This document shows positions 1 through 11,560 of a stretch of DNA of 64,000 nt, piece by piece. The stretch spans positions 39,556,001 to 39,620,000 of the forward strand of contig NC_086115.1 in the NCBI RefSeq assembly GCF_963921235.1, given 5' to 3'. The stretch's first letter is position 1, and each line of letters begins with the position of its first letter. This stretch comes from Mobula hypostoma (lineage: Eukaryota). A program made the translations under genes and the position numbers. The notes under the pieces are model-generated. The model saw only the letters and a list, made by a program, of their open reading frames with translations. It made no database searches and was not told where the DNA came from.

Positions 1-837
1 ATAGTTCCTGTGTGTGGCTGCGTGAATTTAAATTAACACTGAGAAATTTCATAGCCAAGAGGTAAATCCAAAGAACTTTGGCCAGTTTTTGTACTGTAAC
101 TTTGATCAATGTCTTTCCTTTGCATACGGATCCAAAATGTAATGTGGACATTTGGACTTGTTTCAATATTTAGCACCAACATCTCTCTCCTTAATAAGCC
201 TTTGAAACACTTAGTACAATACACTACTCTACCTACATACAGTAGGTCCAAATTGTTTGAAAAAATTGTTCCATGGCAAATAAATCATAAATATTTTGCT
301 TTCAGTAATTGTGAGTGATGGATTTCAATTATATCCTTTTTGATCCTTTAAATTATTCTTATCATTTATCAACTTTACCCCTCATGTAACATTTATATCT
401 ATAATAACATAAGATCTGAATTATATTCCCCAGTCCCCATATGAAATATTAACCTTAGTTTGTACTCACCGCTCAGATTTTTGGTTCCATATTTGGTAGG
501 AACATCTTGTCTATCAGGCAAGAGTTCTAAATTCCTTATTTTCCCAACAAATCAATTGTCAATTGTTTTGTAGATCCAAATACCGTTACCTTTATGTTCC
601 TGGCTAATGATCCGTAAGTTTGAGGTATCTTCTTGAAAAGAGGATACCTCAAACACCCACACACCCACCCCTACTCACCACCACCAATTTCAGCAAGCTA
701 GAAAACCTATTTTTATCTTGCCAAAAAGGAATAAATGTGCACTGTTAAAGCAATAAGATATTCTGAACTTGGGCAATGAATGCATGAATCTATTATATCT
801 CTTCCTAGCACAATCAAGTTTTCTCTTGAAATGTAAA

Positions 838-1310
838 AGAAAGACCATGGATGTGTAGAAGAATTTAGATCCCATTTGTCCCATTGTGTCTGCTCCAGTC
901 ACAAAGGAGCTACTCAAGCCAATCTCACCTTCCTTCCCTAGGCCTTTAGCCTGACGGGTCAAAGATCTTCAACTATAAATCAAAACACTTTTTAAATGTG
1001 ATTCTACTTATTGACTCTATCAACCTTCCAGGCAGTGAACTTCAGATGCTTACCATCCTCAAGGTTAAATGTATTCCGTTAACGCTCTCCTAATCCTTCT
1101 ACCGATAATTTCAAACCTATTTGTCCCTTGAGTATAGTATACACCCTTTATATTTACCTCATTCAGAGCCCTCATAAATTTATATAATTCAGTTAACCAT
1201 CTATGTTTCAAAGAAAATAACTCAATTTTATTTAATCATTCCTCATCACTACATCTTTCTAGTATTGGTAACACCCTTGCAGCTCTATTCTGCATCACCT
1301 CCGGTGAAAA
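838..1310 (-). mobile_element. Degenerate CR1 LINE 3' fragment
   Basis: Resembles the better-preserved minus-strand CR1 3' ends in this window (e.g. ggcagtgaacttcagatgcttaccatcctc vs ggcagagaattccacagattcaccaccctc). Confidence 0.45.
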
Positions 1311-1711
1311 AGCAGTCAAACGTAATTGCATCAGTTCAGCACAGGCCTTGCAGAGCCTGACAAAGCCTGCTCCACAGTAAGCAAATGAACTGATCTGTAA
1401 GGGCAGTAAGTGTTCTATGTGCCAGCTGTAATCTTGTTTGTAACAATGCTTTGTGTGGATCTTGTCTTCTCTATGGATGGGATGTAAGTATCTGGACTGT
1501 CTGTGAGCTGAAGTCTTTTATCAGTGCAGTGATATAAATAAAATATCAAACTATTATACTCATTTGCACTTATTTTAGAACACTTAGCTCAGAATCTCTA
1601 AGATGAGTTTTCTGGTTATATTTCTTCCATGGCAACTGGCATCATTCTAAAAACATGTGGTACCATTCTTTAAAATGAGACTGAACAAAAAGCAAGTCAT
1701 GCACTCCTTAA

Positions 1712-1873
1712 AGAAGAAGAAGAATAGCCCTTAGCTCGGCAGTGGAGTTATCTAGTAGCAGGCTATTCTTGTTTTTACGAGGCCGAGTTACTAGCTCGAC
1801 GCTGAACCCGACTTGGATTCGAACTCGGGAACCTTCGCTCTGGAGTCTGGCACCGATATTATTGCGCCACCAC
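1712..1873 (-). mobile_element. tRNA-Trp-derived SINE with (TTC)n tail
   Basis: TSD GCACTCCTTAA at 1701-1711 and 1874-1884. The minus-strand head contains GTGGCGCAA, GACTCCAGA (CCA anticodon loop), GAAGGTT and B-box GAGTTCGAATCC. Confidence 0.8.
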
Positions 1874-3195
1874 GCACTCCTTAAGAACTAGTTTGAACTG
1901 AGCACAAGGATGAGTGGATCTCTACTTTCAGAAATGAGTCCTGTACTGAAGTGCTGCCTTTGCATCTCTTCAAAAATGACTCCAGCTTGAAGCTGTGGAA
2001 TGACCTTGAACCTTTCACACCTTATAATGGCTGCTTATTTGGCAAGCAAATGCCAATGAGGCTTACCTTTCACAATGGATTTGGTCTTACGGGAAGACAC
2101 TGGATAAATAAGGAAACTATTATTCTCCCTGTCCCTTGCTTGGGAATAAAATCGAACACAGACTGCTGGGGGCCACTTGTAAAATGGTCTGCTCAATGCT
2201 TCTAAACTAATTTGGATGGATTCATTCTTGCTAACAGTGGCACTTAGTGGTGTTGATTGTACTTAACACACCAGAAAGTTCATCGTTTTATTTAAAGCTG
2301 ATTTCCTTCAATTTCACTTTTTCCTCTCTACAAGATAAATGCAAAAAAAACTACCATTTCAAACTTAACAATTCATTCTCTAGAATTTTAGACTTCCTGT
2401 GCAATTATGTAAAATGTCACAAAATTAAACATTATAATTGTATCTAATACAGTCATTATGCATAATATTCTTCCTTTTAAACAAATTTTGCTTTGTGCAT
2501 TAGTTGTCAGCAGGGTCAGAAATAATACATAAAACCCATTAAATTAAAAGCTTCATTCTTTTCAATTGCACCAGAAAAGTATATCAGTACAAGAGATAAC
2601 ACGGAATAGGTTGAGTGTGATAGATTAGCTACATCGTCTATCATTGACTATTTTTAATACTGCTATGTTGTGAATTATTTGGGGCGAAAGTTTGAAAAAA
2701 AGTGCTAAGTGGCAGCTGTGATAGTAAGACATATTGTACCTATTGCCAAATTTAACTGGCAAATCATCTAATTCATGGTTCAGTCACTGAATAGAAGCAC
2801 ATTTCAGGAGCATATCACATACTGTCCCCACGCACCAGTTCCTCGACAGATGTGGAGTGAAATGACTGACAGAATATTTCACACCTCAGGCAGTCCTAGT
2901 AAAATATTTTACAGTCTTTCCATCTGTGGTTCAGAAGGTGATGTTCTGTTGGCCAGAAGAGGAGGAACGTCATCCTTTTGAAATGGGTTAGAGGAGAGGG
3001 TCGCAACCTTGGGCACCACAGCATGGATAGAAAGCTTACACTTTTTCACAAATTGTCAAGGAAATATGTTGACTCACCTCTCAATACTTACACTGTCACC
3101 AGCAAAAGAATAAGCACCTATGGACATCTAACCAGTTCTAACATTTCCACACACGTTTTTCACGCTACTCACATTTCAGATACATCTGACGCCAT

Positions 3196-3233
3196 TAGTC
3201 CTGATGAAGGGTCTCAGCCTGAAACGTCAACTA
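3196..3233 (+). ncRNA. Minimal type I hammerhead ribozyme motif, near-intact
   Basis: TAGTC-CTGATGA-AGG GTCTCAG CCT-GAAA-CG-TC-AACTA. All core nucleotides present, 3-bp stem II, palindromic ACGT stem III, stem I TAGT/ACTA with a C-A mismatch next to the cleavage site. Confidence 0.65.
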
Positions 3234-3284
3234 CTTACTTTTTCCATAGATGCTGCCTGGCTTGCTGAGTTCCTCCAGCACTTT

Positions 3285-3582
3285 AAACACAAGAACATAA
3301 GAAATAGGAGCAGGAGTCAGCCATCTGGCCTGTTGAGCCTGTTTCGCCATTCAGTAAGATCAAGGCTGATCTGGCCATGGACTCATCTCCATCTACCTGC
3401 CTTTTCCCCATAACTCTTAATTCCCCTACTACGCAAAAATCTATCCAACCTTGCCTTAATTAATTTACTGAGGTAGCCTCCACTGCTTCATTGGGCAGAG
3501 AATTCCACAGATTCACCACCCTCTGGAAAAACGCAGTTCCTCCTCATCTCCATCCTAAATCTACTCCCCCGAATCTTGAGGC
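3285..3582 (-). mobile_element. CR1 3' end nested in the Penelope-like repeat
   Basis: Tail aacacaagaacataagaaataggagcagg, and body similar to the CR1 3' ends at 33775 and 51163. Confidence 0.8.
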
Positions 3583-4116
3583 TTTGTGTGTGTTGCTTGG
3601 ATTTCCAGCAACTATAGATTTTCTCATGTCTGATTTGGCACTCTAGCTTCTTGCCTTCCATTACATTAAGAATTTAGTTTATCAGAATTATCAATCTCCT
3701 TTTGCAATTTAAACCTGTGAGATCCTCATCCCTACTGCAGACAAGGCGGTACTTCTGACAGTCAGCAACCCATCTTCCTCCCAGACATGGCTGTCAGGGT
3801 CACCTGCTGCAGCTGTGAGTATATGGCAGATACAGCTATTCCTAATCTGTAATCCTTAAACCTTTACTTGAGCACATGCTCATTGTGGTCTAACCATAAA
3901 GATTCTATTCTCCTTTGGTGAACGCTTTGTAGACCTTCAGTATTCCAGGCTCCCTGGATGAGACTATACCTCCCTGCCACTCCCCTTTCCATCCTGTTCC
4001 TGGCAGGACTTTAGAAAAGGTTGCTATACCCTCAGGTAAGAAAGTAAGAGGAAAATGAGGAGGATAAAAGTTGCCCATTGCTGAACTTGAACAAGCATTG
4101 ACTCAGAGACCGTCAT

Positions 4117-4300
4117 TGTCACCAGGTTTGGATATGGCCCAAGTGCAGAGCAAGAGACACTGAAGTGGGTCGATAGTTCACAGACTTTAATGCAGACAAA
4201 GTTAAAGGGAAAAGAAAACAATAAATGCTAGGCCAAACAGGGTCATTACCTAGAATTTTCAAATAGAAAACGAAGCCTACACTGTGACTGAAAGGAATAA
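4117..4300. mobile_element. Possible LTR fragment
   Basis: Begins TGTCA, with ATTAAA on the minus strand ~70 nt inside, a layout like the solo LTRs. No second terminus found. Confidence 0.35.
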
Positions 4301-4668
4301 CTAAATATAACATCATCCCCTGACAAGCTCCAAGACCTTGGCCTCAACACCTCCTTGTGTAATTGGATCCTCAACTTCCTCATTTGCAGACCCCTGTCGG
4401 TACTGATTAGCAAGAACATTTTCTCCACAATCTCCATCAGCCTCAGTGCACCACAAGGCTGCATGCTTACCCCCCTGCTCTACTCACTTTACACTTACGA
4501 CTATGAGGCTAAGCACGGCTCCAATGCCATATTCAAGTTTGCTGATGACACCACTGTCATAAGCCGAACAAAGGTGGAGATGAATCAGCATATAGGAGAG
4601 AGATGGAAAATCTGGCTGAGTGGTGCCTTAGCAACAACCTCTTATCCAATACCAAGACCAAGGAGCTG

Positions 4669-5185
4669 AGCCGTTGGTGGACCTCGAACCGCAGTTAAGT
4701 TCCCCAACCAGACATCAGCCTAGTGTCTGAGTCTACTAAGCAAGTGGTGCTGCTGGAGCTGACAGTCCCATGGGAAGATCACTTGGAAGAGGCCTTTGAA
4801 AGGAAGCTCTCCAAGTACGCAGGACTGGTCAGCAACTGTCAGCAGGCTGGATGGAGAGCGAGGTGTCTCCCAGTGGAGGTTGGTTGTAGGGGATTCATAG
4901 CCCATTCTTTAGTTAGAGCCTTCAGCAATTTGGACATCGAGGGAGAGAGGAAGAGGAGAGCCACCTGCAGTACCACCGATGCGGCAGAGAGGGCCTCAAG
5001 ATGGCTGTGGCTCAAAAGAGGGGAGTCATGGAGTCATAAGTAGCTAGCCATCTGGACACAAGTTGGGGTCTGATCAGCCCCGGCTGGGTCACCTAGAGGA
5101 GGTTGTATGATGTTGAAAGACCAGAAACACCCGATGATTCCAGGAACATCACTGAAGATGTGTCCAGAAGCATCAGTAGATGTAT
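4669..5185 (+). mobile_element. 5'-truncated HERO-type non-LTR retrotransposon (restriction-like endonuclease domain plus 3' UTR)
   Basis: PDIS(L)VSESTKQVVLLELTVPWEDHLEEAFERKLSKY ... ERASRWLWLKR, stop at 5041-5043. This is a PD-(D/E)-type RLE domain as in HERO-clade elements. Confidence 0.8.
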
Positions 5186-5285
5186 GTACACAGCTTAAGG
5201 AGAAGAAAACCAGTGGTCCATAAGCCAGTCCTCATCGGCAGAACAGTGTTGGAGAGGTTTAGCAACTTTAAATTCTTCGGTGTTA

Positions 5286-5863
5286 AAGACTATTGGAGTA
5301 GGATACACAATGCCCTACAAGACATTTTTAAATGTGAAATACCCTTAGAAAGTAAGGCCATATATTTTGGGTATGTATCTCAAGAATAATTGAAAAGAGA
5401 TAAATATTTAATGAATATACTGCTGGTGGTTGGTAAAAAGACTCTTACCAGGAAATGGATATCTCAGGAGAGACCAACTTTAAACGCATGGATGGAAATT
5501 ACAATGGACATTTACAAAATGGAGAAGATAACAGCATCTGTTAATCATAAGTTGGAACAATTTGATTCATACTGGGGAAAAATGGTTTAACTACATAACA
5601 CCTCATAGGCCTGATTTTATTCTCACAAATCAATGAATATGTTGTTAAAAAAAAAAGATCACTCCCTACTTGTACATAGTTTTCTCCTTTTGCTTGTTCT
5701 TTCTTTCCTCTCTTTTCTATAGGTGTATACCTCAGATAAATGTTATGTGGAGATTTGTGGCAAATATGATTACATGATATATATGTACAATATCTGAAAT
5801 ACATCCGATGGAAATGTTTGTTTGATGATGAACTTCAATAAAAAATAAATTACAAAATAAAGG
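5286..5863 (+). mobile_element. L1-clade ORF2 C-terminus and 3' UTR
   Basis: KKTLTRKWISQERPTLNAWMEITMDIYKMEKIT, A-rich tail, 13-bp TSD TTCTT(C/T)GGTGTTA at 5273-5285 and 5864-5876. Confidence 0.85.
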
Positions 5864-6008
5864 TTCTTTGGTGTTATTATTTCGGAGGACCGGTCCTGGG
5901 TCCTGCACGTAAGTGCAATTACAAAGAAAGCATGGCAGCACCTCTACTTCCTTAGGAGTTTTCAAGGATTAGGCATGACATCTAAAACTTCTATAGATGT
6001 GTAGTGGA

Positions 6009-6502
6009 TGTTCTTCGTCTCTGATGATGGCAGGAAACCTGTGCAGGAGAGTTTTTAAAGTGGAAAATCCATTGCACTGGAGCAGTTCCACTCTCTCGAT
6101 CCCAGAAGTCCAGGTCCAGTGGTACGAACAAGAGTCACAAACTGGGGTCCTCATGGATGACCATGAAGCCTTCTGTGCCTTGTCATGGCTGTCGCTCTCC
6201 ACGGAGTTTTGCAGTACCAATTTCCTGGCTTTTGGATCTCACTGTAGAGCTCATCCACCCAATCCACCGGAGCTAACTTCGCATGCTAGAACAGGCATAG
6301 CCCTATCTCACTGGGGTATGAGACCGGCAGATATCCTCACCTGCTTTAGCCTGAAAGTCAAAGCAGTGTACTGAAGTGTGGTCGCTGTTGCATGAAAACA
6401 GCCATTTGGAACCACAGGTGAGAGTTGAGTGTCTGGTGGGGACTAAGGGTGAGTAAGTTGCCCTAGAATGGATGTGACAAGCCCCTTCACCACAGGTACC
6501 CC
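6009..6502 (-). mobile_element. Non-autonomous RTE-related element / SINE
   Basis: 16-bp TSD ATAGATGTGTAGTGGA (5993-6008) / ATAGATATGTAATAGA (6503-6518). The minus-strand start gtggtgaaggggcttg resembles RTE 5' UTRs (family call from memory). Confidence 0.65.
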
Positions 6503-8387
6503 ATAGATATGTAATAGAGAGTATATTAATTGGCTACATTGCAGCCAGATATGGAAACACCAATGTCATCGAGCAGAAAACCCTACAAAAAGTAGTGGCA
6601 ACGGCACTGTCCCTCACGGGAAAAGCCCTCCTCACCAATGAGAACATCTACATGAAACGTTGTTGCAGGAAAACGGCATCCATCGTCAGGGATCCTCACC
6701 GCCCAGGACATGCTCTCTTCTCATTGCTGCCATCAGGAAGAAGGGTCAGTAGCCTCAGGACTCTCAGCACCAGTTCAGGAACAGTTATTACCACCCAGCC
6801 ATCAGGCTCTTAAACCAAAGGAGATAACTTCACTCAGTTTCACTTGCCCTGCATTGAAATCTGCCTACAACCAATGGACTCACTTTCAAGGACTCTTCTT
6901 CCCATGTTCTTGATAATATTTATTATTTCTTTCTTTCTTCCTGTATTTGCAGAGTTTGTTGCCTTTTGCACAATGGTTGAATGCCCAAGTTGCTGCTGTC
7001 TTTCATTGATTTTATTATGGCTATTATTCTATGGATTTATTGAGTATGCCCACAACAACAAGGATTCTCAGGGTTGTATAATGTGACATGTATGTACTTC
7101 GATGATAAATTCACTTTGAACTTTGAATAGTGTTTGTCAGATATCACTCACACCTGATAAACGTCTCAGAACCCTAAGAAAGAGGTGATTTAAGATATTT
7201 AATGGAATCTTTGTTATTCGTGTTTGGAGATATTATCAACAATTTTATTATACAATCTGTAGCTTCACTTGTATGTGCTCGTACATTGGGTTTAGTGCCT
7301 TAGGACATTGATTTAATGGATAATGCTTCTGCTATTACTTGTCATTAAAATTACATGCTGCAATAATGACATTTCAGAGAGACACGTAATCCTATGAATG
7401 TAATCTATGATTTATTATGAAACTGTATCTTGGTGCAGAAGAATTTATTATATTTTACAATATTACAAAAATGTGTTTGCCATTGTCCATTTTATATCAA
7501 TATTAAATTATGGAATCTTGATACACGTAGTGAAATGTCTTTACCTTCATTGTAAATTCTCATTTCCTGCACAACAGGACAGCATTGTCAGTAGCATCTT
7601 TCATATTGAAGAAAAAAAAGCAAGTTTGTGTTTCTCATGAGCAAACTTTTATTTTGCCCAGGGCACCTCTTAATTGGACTATTTATTGCAAATGGTAATG
7701 AGAAATTAAACACGTCACATGCAGATTTTTAGTTTGTTGATTAGGCATGAATTGCAGGAGAGTTACAGTCCTTAACAAGTCATTAACCCAGGAAAACAAC
7801 CAATTTGCAAAATGGTCCCCTCATGTTTTTTTAAACTCAGCATGGGAAAAGTGATTCATTGATGACACTGCAGTGTAAAATCGGATTTCTATCCTGAAGC
7901 TGTCAAGTTTAGAAAATCAGAAGTGATTAATGTGCATCATGAAACAAGGGCCTTTTGGGAGCTTGGCAGAGCAGCCATAGGAGACGAGCCACATGGTCTT
8001 ACAACCAAGATTTGGATGATAAAAAGATACTCGTTCTGAGTCACATATCTCTCAAAATCATCATTTTTCTGTAAAAGCAACTGAGCCTGTGGGGCTATCA
8101 CTAGAACCCACAGGATTATCCCATCTCCCTAGTGATAACATAACACAGTTAGAAGGAGACCAATAAGAACACTATGGCTGTGGCTATTGCTGACTTCAGT
8201 TCATCCAGTTCATATGATGCTAGGCATGGGCACCAGGCTAACCACTGTTAATGTGGACCATGGATCTAGAAACCAAGACTAGGCCTGGCCCAACTAGACT
8301 AGGTCTGCAGGTCCAACAATTAGGAAGGCCAGTGGAATGTTGGAATCTATTGGAAAGGGAATGAAGTTTCAAAGTAGAGATTTCAAA

Positions 8388-9428
8388 GCAGGGGTGTTTC
8401 AAAGCATGCTTAGCCCCCTGCTCTACTCACTTTATACTTAAAAGTGTCAGGCTAAGTTCAGCTCCAATGCCATTTTTAGGTTTGCTGATGACACCACTCT
8501 TGTTGGCCAAATCAAAGGTGGAGATATATCAACGTATAGGAGGAAGATTGAAAGTCTGGTTGAGGGTGCCAAAGCAACTACCTCTCACTTAATGTCAACA
8601 AAACCAAAGAGCTGATTATTGAGTAAAGGAAGAAGAAACACGAACAAGAAGTCTATGAACCCATCTTCATTAAGAGATCCAAGGTGGTTAGGTCGGTAAC
8701 TTTAAATTCCTTGTTATTATCATATCAGACGATATGTCCTGGGAGCAGAACATGAGTGCCATCACAAAGAAGGCACAATAGCACCTCTACTTTCTTTAGA
8801 GTTAATGTAGATTCATCACGTTATCAAAAGCTTTGACAAACTTCTATAGATGCATGCACAGTGGAGAGCATACAAACCGATTGTATCACAGCCTGGTATG
8901 GAAACACCAATGGCCCGGAATGGAAAAGCCAACCAAAAGTGATGGACACAGCCCTGTCCATCACAGTCAAAATCCTCCCCGCCATTGAGCACACGTACAT
9001 GGAGTGCGCCACAAGAAACCAGAAACCATCATCAATGTCCTCCCCCAGCCTGGCCATGCTCTCTTCCCACCACTACCATTGGGCAGGGTGTACAGAAGAC
9101 TTAGATCCCACCCAACCAATTTCAGGAACAGTTAATACTTTTCAATCATCAAATTAATACAGTTAACACTGTTTAATCATCAACATCTCTGAACTGATTC
9201 TACAACATACAAAGTCTCTTTCAAGGATGATTTTTTTAATTTTCATAATTTGTGTTCTTTTGCACATTGGTTTTTGTCAGTCTTTATTTATGAATAGTTT
9301 TTCATAAATTCTATTATGTTTCTTTATTTTTCTGTAAGTGCCTACAAGAAAATGAATCTCAAGTTAGTAAGTATATGGTAACATATACATACGTTGATAA
9401 TATATTTTACTTGCACTTTGGTTTTGAA
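8388..9428 (+). mobile_element. L2 LINE 3' portion, degraded
   Basis: RT remnants (ccccctgctctactcacttta, tttgctgatgacaccact; ESIQTDCITAWYGN) and an L2-type 3' UTR. Confidence 0.8.
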
Positions 9429-10194
9429 GGCCATGGTGGACAGATTGCTGGTTTATGTGGAAATTAAGGTTATTGGAAATAGACAAGGAAGTGGTGAAGG
9501 TCCAAGATCAGATCAGATAAAATCTTATTGAATGATAAAGAAAGCTTGAGGCACATCTGGCCTGTTGCTGCTTCCACATGTTCTTATATCTGGTCCCTGA
9601 GTCCAGATGGGGCCTATAGAGAGGGGCCAGAGACTCAGGGATCACATTGGGCCAGTCCTAGACTGGGGATTTGTCCAAATTCAGGTCCATATCTACATAG
9701 GTGTAGGCACTGGATATCATACTGGTGGCAATAGAATTATCACTGTAACATATGTACAGTATAGATGCATGCAGGTCTATCATTACATAATGATAATTTA
9801 CTATATTGATAGCTATAGTTCTGTATTTTTACAAAGAGGGAGCATTATTAGTGGGCACAGATATTTACCATATAATTTTGGGTACAGTACTGTGGACCAT
9901 AGGTCTCTAGTTGGCACTAACTGTAATTTCAAAGCGATCTTTTAAGGAACTGGTATAAGGGACAATGGGCTTCAGATATTTTGGATCACCATCCCTGCTG
10001 TCCTAGATTTTACTTTTGTTAGAAATGGGTGTGTGTGCGTGAACTTGCAGCAGTCCCAGCTGTAGCTGACAATGGGATGATTATTGAAGCTGGGCAGCAA
10101 GGAAACCAATCCATTTCACTGATATTAAGTGGCTGGAGATGTTTGCACCTTTAGAGAAGAACGGTGTGATCAGCAATTTTACTAAGAAAATGAA

Positions 10195-11030
10195 AGAATA
10201 GAAATTTACAGAATGGAAACTGGCCCTTTGGCCTAATATCCACACTGACCTAATTGCTTATCTACACTTAATACCAATTGCCTGTGCTTGGCCCATGTCC
10301 CTCTAAACCATACCCATCCATGTATCTGTCTAAATATCTTTTAAATATTGCAATCATATCTATATCTACAAATTCCTCTCATTCTATATATCCATATGAC
10401 CTTTTTGCCCCACAAATCCCTTCCAAGCTTTTCTCTCCAGAGTTTATAAACTTGTGTCCTCTTGTTTTAGACTCCCTTACCCTGGGAAAAATACTATGTC
10501 CATCTTAGCAATGCCTCTCAGAATTTTATAAACCTCTATAAGGTCACCTCTTTGCCTACTTTTCCCCAGGAAAACTGTCTCATCTTATCCAATTTCTCCT
10601 TTTAACTCAATCCCTCCAGTGCTGGCAGCATCCTTGTAAATCTTAAACACAACAAAGTCTGCAGATGCTGGAAATCCAAAGCAATACAGACAAAATTCTG
10701 GAGGAACTCAGCAAGTCAGGCAGCATCTATGGAAATGACTAAACAGTCGATGTTTCAGGTGGAGACCCTTCTTCAGGACCTTGTGAATCTATTCTGCAAC
10801 CTTTTTAAGCTGACGTTCAAAAACAGCTCTTTCAAAGTTAGTCAGATTTTAGAAACAGATATCTTATCTTCTCTGACTCAAGATTGTGTTTTACATTGTC
10901 CATGCTTCCATTAAGCCTATGCTGAACTGGAATGCTGTGTTAAACACTGGCTCCTTCCAGTTCTGCCCTCAAGCCCTACATGCAATAAACCCCTCTCCAG
11001 ATTTTGCTCAGTGTTCCCAATAACTTTTAA
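10195..11030 (-). mobile_element. Degenerate CR1 3' region with nested Penelope-like pseudo-LTR (10644-10782, minus strand)
   Basis: CR1-like 3' sequence flanks gatgctggaaatcc...gaaccctt-type repeat; hammerhead-like motif at 10744-10780. Confidence 0.65.
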
Positions 11031-11049
11031 CCCACCATGACTAGAGCAG

Positions 11050-11560
11050 AGCTTTGCAAAGTGCACGTGGCTTCACACTTTATTCTGCTGCCAAGGTTTT
11101 ATCCATCTATTTTGTGGACAGTGCTTATTCCAATCCTCCCTCTTCCTGAGTGTATTTACAAGGTTGAAGGCCATGTTGCACACTGGGCCCCATTACTGAG
11201 GATCAGGCTGGCTTGAGGATTGACAATGGTACTTACAATGGAAGCCATGATGTTTACTGGGAATGCAGGCCCAGTGCCATGTCCTCTGAAAAGCAGACTG
11301 TGGCAAGTCTTGTATCTGCACCAGTCCAATGGTTAAAAAATCATCTTTAGGCACCACATTAGCCCTATGTCTGCTTTAGGAGTTGCCAGAATTGCCTGAA
11401 ACAGCATCCAATGCAAATTCCATTTGCAGCATCTTTTCCACTTTATAAACAGCATATCTTCAGGAAATGACAATCTCTGCAGTACAGATAAACTAAATTT
11501 ACCCTAGTATATCTTAAAGCAAAAAACATCAGGAGCACAGTAACCACATCAAGCCACTTT
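11050..11560 (-). mobile_element. Possible old RTE-clade RT remnant
   Basis: Weak resemblance to RTE C-terminal coding sequence as I recall it; no intact frame. Confidence 0.3.

Larger units (their letters stand above)
3190..3632 (+). mobile_element. Penelope-like pseudo-LTR fragment, interrupted by a CR1 3' end
   Basis: Same repeat (ctgatgaagggtctc...gatgctgcctg...gctgagttcctccagca...tgtgtgtgttgc) follows GIY-YIG coding remnants at 48348 and 58282. Confidence 0.8.
4308..7127 (+). mobile_element. L2-type LINE (RT to 3' UTR) carrying three nested insertions
   Basis: RT motifs PQGCMLTPLLYSLYT and KFADDTT (ORF 4355-4669). L2 sequence resumes at ~5186, 5864 and 6503 and ends in a ctttgaactttgaa tail. 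Confidence 0.85.

Noticed and set aside
464-560. Minus-strand GTGAGT donor with a short upstream open frame (VGKIRNLELLPDRQ...)
   Set aside because: The frame is closed by a stop with no acceptor AG in between, and no similarity was recognised.
1801-1873. Possible tRNA-Trp gene
   Set aside because: The acceptor stem and D-arm do not pair, and it is part of a TSD-flanked SINE.
6021-6037. CTGATGA...GAAA hammerhead-like spacing
   Set aside because: No stem II or stem I pairing, and it is antisense to its host element.
6400-6502. Possible HDV-like ribozyme at the 5' end of the RTE-related element
   Set aside because: I could fold only a simple hairpin, not the nested double pseudoknot. A motif search would be needed.
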